64,000 nucleotides of DNA from Octopus sinensis (Eukaryota): positions 23,188,001-23,252,000 of the forward strand of contig NC_042998.1 in assembly GCF_006345805.1 (NCBI RefSeq), given 5' to 3'. Shown in pieces: positions 60,046 to 64,000 of the stretch; the first letter of the stretch is position 1; each line of letters begins with the position of its first letter. The notes beneath the pieces are model-generated. The model saw only the letters and a list, made by a program, of their open reading frames with translations, did no database searches and was not told where the DNA came from. The translations under genes and the position numbers were made by a program.

Positions 60046-63035
60046 CTTATCTATTCATTTAGTTTATCCATTGTCTTCTACTTGTTTCAGTCATTAGACT
60101 GTGGCCAAGCTGGGGCACCATCTTATAGAATTTTCGTCAAACAAATTGATCCCAGCACTTATTTTTTTTAAAGCCTGGTACTTATTCTGTCAGTCTCGTT
60201 TTGCTGAACTACTAAGTCAGGGGAACATAAACACACCAGCACCAGTTATCAAGTGGTGGTGGTGGTGGTGGTGGAGGACAAATATAGACATAAAGGCTCA
60301 CACACACACACACAGATATATGCACATAAACAACAAGCTTGTTTCAGTTTCTGTCTACCAAACCCACTCACAAGGCTTTGGTCAGCTGAAGGCTACAGTA
60401 GAAGACACTTGCCAAAGGTGTCACACAGTGAGACAGAACCTAGAACCATGTGATTGAGAAACAAACTTCTTATATAAGAGAGTAATAATGGTGTTGAAGC
60501 TGTAAGATTATGAACGCAAACAATAGGGAAAAAGTTATGTTGAAAATTATAACCAAACAAAAATAATATGCTAAACAAGGTACTTGGTGACCCTGTTGAT
60601 GTTGGTGCCACATAAAAAGCACTGGTGCTGGTGTCATGTAAAAATTCCCCAGAACACTCTGTAAAGTGGTTGGAGTTAGGAAGGGCATCCAGCTGTAGAA
60701 ACCATGCTAAAATAGGCAATGGAACCTGGCATGGCTCCTGGCCTAGCCAGCACCTGTCAAACCAACCAATCTATGCCAGCAAGGGAAAGAGATGTTAAAT
60801 GATCATGATGACGACGACGGGTCAATTAAAAGAAATTAATCAATTCTCTTACATACTCTGGATTTATATAGTTGAATCGTGCTGACTAAAAGTAACCCTT
60901 GATCATATTCTCTCATTATTAATAAATGTTTCACTAATTACTTGTATTAAATTAGGTGTTCAAATAAATTATTTCCTTTTATACTTAATCAACATAGATG
61001 TATTTTCTTTGTAGTTAGCCCCGATTTGTTAGATCTATGATTAAGACTTAATTATGAATTCATTATCAAATTTGTCTTTACTTTATAAAAAAGAGTGATA
61101 GGGGAAGGCGGTTTCACTGCTATTTCTGGTATTTCTATTTCACAATGAGGCTTCCCTTTACTCATTGATTTTAGTTTGTAATATATTCTGATAACTTAGC
61201 ACTTATTTGGCTTATTTTCAATTACAAGAACAAATAATCAATTAAAAATAATTTGTTATATCATTTATAAATTTACATAATGCTTTTTAATATGAAGCCA
61301 TCGTTTTCTTATTTGTAAAAATCAATACAAAATAAAGATAACATGTTACAAAAATAAAAATAGATGAAATAAAAAGGCTGTATTATTAATGGTGGAATTC
61401 TTTTGTTTTTAGATAGCAGACAGTGAGATCTGGTGATTTATACTACCTTAAAACGATACCTTGCTATTTTAAGTTGAAATCTCATAAGCAAGAGAAATAA
61501 ACTTCAACTTAATAAGTCGATGGAACCAAGAACTAATAATATAATGGTATCACGGTATAGACTAGACTATTGGATGTTGTTTTACATTGCTAGTCACAAT
61601 GCGCTTTGCTTTGTTTTATCTTTTGAATGATGCCACTCTGCTGGCTAGGCATGCAGGCCAGCATTCCCCTTGATCAGAAGGCTAGTCTGTTGCAGAGTTA
61701 TCCATTGATAGCTGAGTGAGCTGGAGCAATGTGATATGAAGTGTTTTGCTCAAGAACACATTGTGCCACCTGGTCTGGGATTTGAACCCATGATCTTACA
61801 ATTGCGAGTGTAAAACCCTAACCACTGGGCCAAGCACTTTTACACTAGTTATATACTGAGGGAAATTCAATTCCTTTGACTTCTTCCCTTCAAAAACTGG
61901 CTTGTTTCCAAGTCAAAAGAAATCTATATCACTGTAGATTTTTAAGAAAACCCTAAAAAACAGGATTACTAAGAGAGGAAAATAAAGTAGCTTGAGAGGT
62001 GAAAAGTATAACATTCCAGTCAATATAACCTTGTTTTAATCAATGAAATCTTATATCACATAACATTGCTACCTTTCAACCAACTCCACAAATATGTTAT
62101 ATCTGTTGAAATGAGGGCTCTCAAATTTGTTTCTAAGAGCCCTACTTCCAGCTCTTAACACCCATCTACTTTGGTCGTCCATGAATTTTGGCAACATGCC
62201 CTAATTCTACACTGTAAACACAATGTATTCCAATTTCCCTTGGACTGAGAGTTTGTAAATACAAAACCACACGCCCCCCCTGGCTTTTAATAATTCTAAC
62301 ATGTTTATAAATACCTATGAATATACTTGATCGTTTCCTTTTTACTTCTTTGATATAAGGTGCTCAGTTTCTTTATCAGCCAAAGATAGCGCTTTAAAGA
62401 GCACTGGAAAATCTCAAATCAAATTTAATATCAGAGCTAACAAGATTTAGTTCAGCATATATATATTTTTTTATTTTATTTTATCTAGTTTCAGCTCACG
62501 AGCTGTGGCCATGCTGGGGCACCACCATATATATATATATATAACATATATATATATATAAATATATATATTCTATCTACCTAAGAAAGAAGAATTAGTA
62601 TATATTATGAGAACATATTAAGACTTGTAGAGCTGTCTTGTTATAACACATTACAGCATGTGACTAAAAATTTAATCTACCATCAAGAGAAAAACTGAAT
62701 AAGACAAGAATCACTAAATATTCTTTTATACTCTAGGCACAAGGCCTGAAATTTTTGGGGAGGGGGCTAGTCGATTAAATTGTCCCTAGTATGCAACTGG
62801 TACTTAATTTATTGACCCTGAAAGGATGACAGGCAAAGTCGATCTCAGCAGAATATGAACTCAGAACGTAAAGACAGACAAAATACTGCTAAGCATTTCA
62901 CCCGGCTTGCTAATGTTTCTGCCAGCTCACCGCTTTAGAATCAGTAAATATTGGTGTAGTTTGAACTCAGAATAACCAGGAACTTAGTTTGCATCATAAT
63001 AATGTAAAGAAATATTAAAACCTATGAGACAAAGT

Positions 63036-63331
63036 GATCACCATGACTGACCAGGCTATCAGATGTTGTTACACATCGCTGGTCACAATGCGCTTCACAT
63101 TGTTTTAGCCTTCAAATGATGCCACCCCACTGAGTAAGCGAGCAGGCCAACAGAAGAAAGAGTGAGAGAAAGTTGTGGTGAAAGAGTACAGCAGGGATCG
63201 CCACCCCCCCACTCCCTGCTGGAGCCTCGTGGAGCTTTAGGTGTTTTCGCTCAATAAACACACACAACGCTCAGTCTGGGAATCAAAACCGCGAGTCCAC
63301 TGCCCTAACCACTAGGCCATTGCGCCTCCAC
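63036..63331 (-). mobile_element. SINE family C
   Basis: 12-bp TSD atgagacaaagt at 63024 and 63332. Confidence 0.9.
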
Positions 63332-63489
63332 ATGAGACAAAGTATTTCAACCTAATTTTTTTTCTTTAGAGTGATGAAGGACTTTCTTATAGAGAAAAGA
63401 AACGGACAAAGAGAATAGTCAACCTTGTAACAGAATGCAATTTCAAATAATTTGGAATCAGTGATGTAATTGTTTTAGGTTATGAATGC

Positions 63490-63660
63490 CATATGTTAAT
63501 CAACTGTGTGGTTAATCAGACAGGGAGGGAGATGTTATTCCCTTTGAATGATGTATCAATAGTATTGTCAACTGTCTCCAAGATAAAAAGAGATGCACTG
63601 GTCAGAGGTAATCATACTGGACATAAACTGATGGATTGAATTTTGAAAAGCAGTTGTGAA
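63490..63660 (+). mobile_element. Highly decayed RTE RT fragment
   Basis: Degenerate VNQ...IP.D..NSIVNC...KLMD, similar to the RT start of the main LINE. Confidence 0.45.
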
Positions 63661-64000
63661 ACTTAGCAAAATTAATTCAAATTAGAGATAGCTTTAAAAA
63701 GACACAGTTAAAGTTTGTGCTAAGTTGCAGAACCAAAGATGCCAAGTTACTAACAAGCTATTTTGAAACTAGTACAGAAGGTCTTTGAAGCCAGTAGAGA
63801 AGGTCTTTAACCCATTTTAACCCAGGTTAACCCTGTTGAAATTTTGAAGATAGTTATATAAATAGAGGTAACAAATAGACAGAAGCATCCAGTTAACTTT
63901 TATTGCAGTAAATAAACCAACTATAATGGTTAAATAAATACAATAAGCACTATTTTGTGTCCTGTTAACCATTATTGTAGTAAATGAACCAAATACAACT

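Larger units (their letters stand above)
54510..60751. repeat. Direct tandem duplication (copy 1 54510-57397; copy 2 57394-60751)
   Basis: Colinear near-identity of unique spacer DNA (55050-55780 vs 58335-59050; 57115-57397 vs 60470-60751); CAGC microhomology at the junction. Confidence 0.9.

Overview
AT-rich, repeat-saturated eukaryotic genomic DNA. The SINE/LINE families and microsatellite content suggest an octopus (cephalopod) genome; this is inferred from repeat recognition, not verified. Only one host exon is well supported: a 92-nt minus-strand exon (4898-4989) of a LIV-1/ZIP13-like zinc transporter. I found no other exon of that gene by eye, so most of the window may be one very large intron. 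A weak plus-strand exon with a GPI-signal-like C-terminus lies at 51.1 kb. The rest is transposon-derived. (1) A nearly complete minus-strand RTE-clade LINE (about 20.3-27.4 kb) whose 3' UTR is amplified into an 11-unit tandem array with higher-order structure, nested antiparallel inside an older RTE copy. (2) Three R4/Dong-type 3' fragments at (TAA)n tracts. (3) Many tRNA-headed SINEs of at least five families. (4) hAT and mariner MITEs, two Helitron-type elements and a Chapaev-like transposase relic. (5) Penelope-like repeats carrying hammerhead-ribozyme-like cores. (6) Three long near-perfect palindromes. (7) A roughly 3-kb tandem duplication whose two copies each gained a different retroelement in the same (AT)n tract. 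Most listed ORFs are microsatellite or repeat artefacts. All alignments were done by eye.
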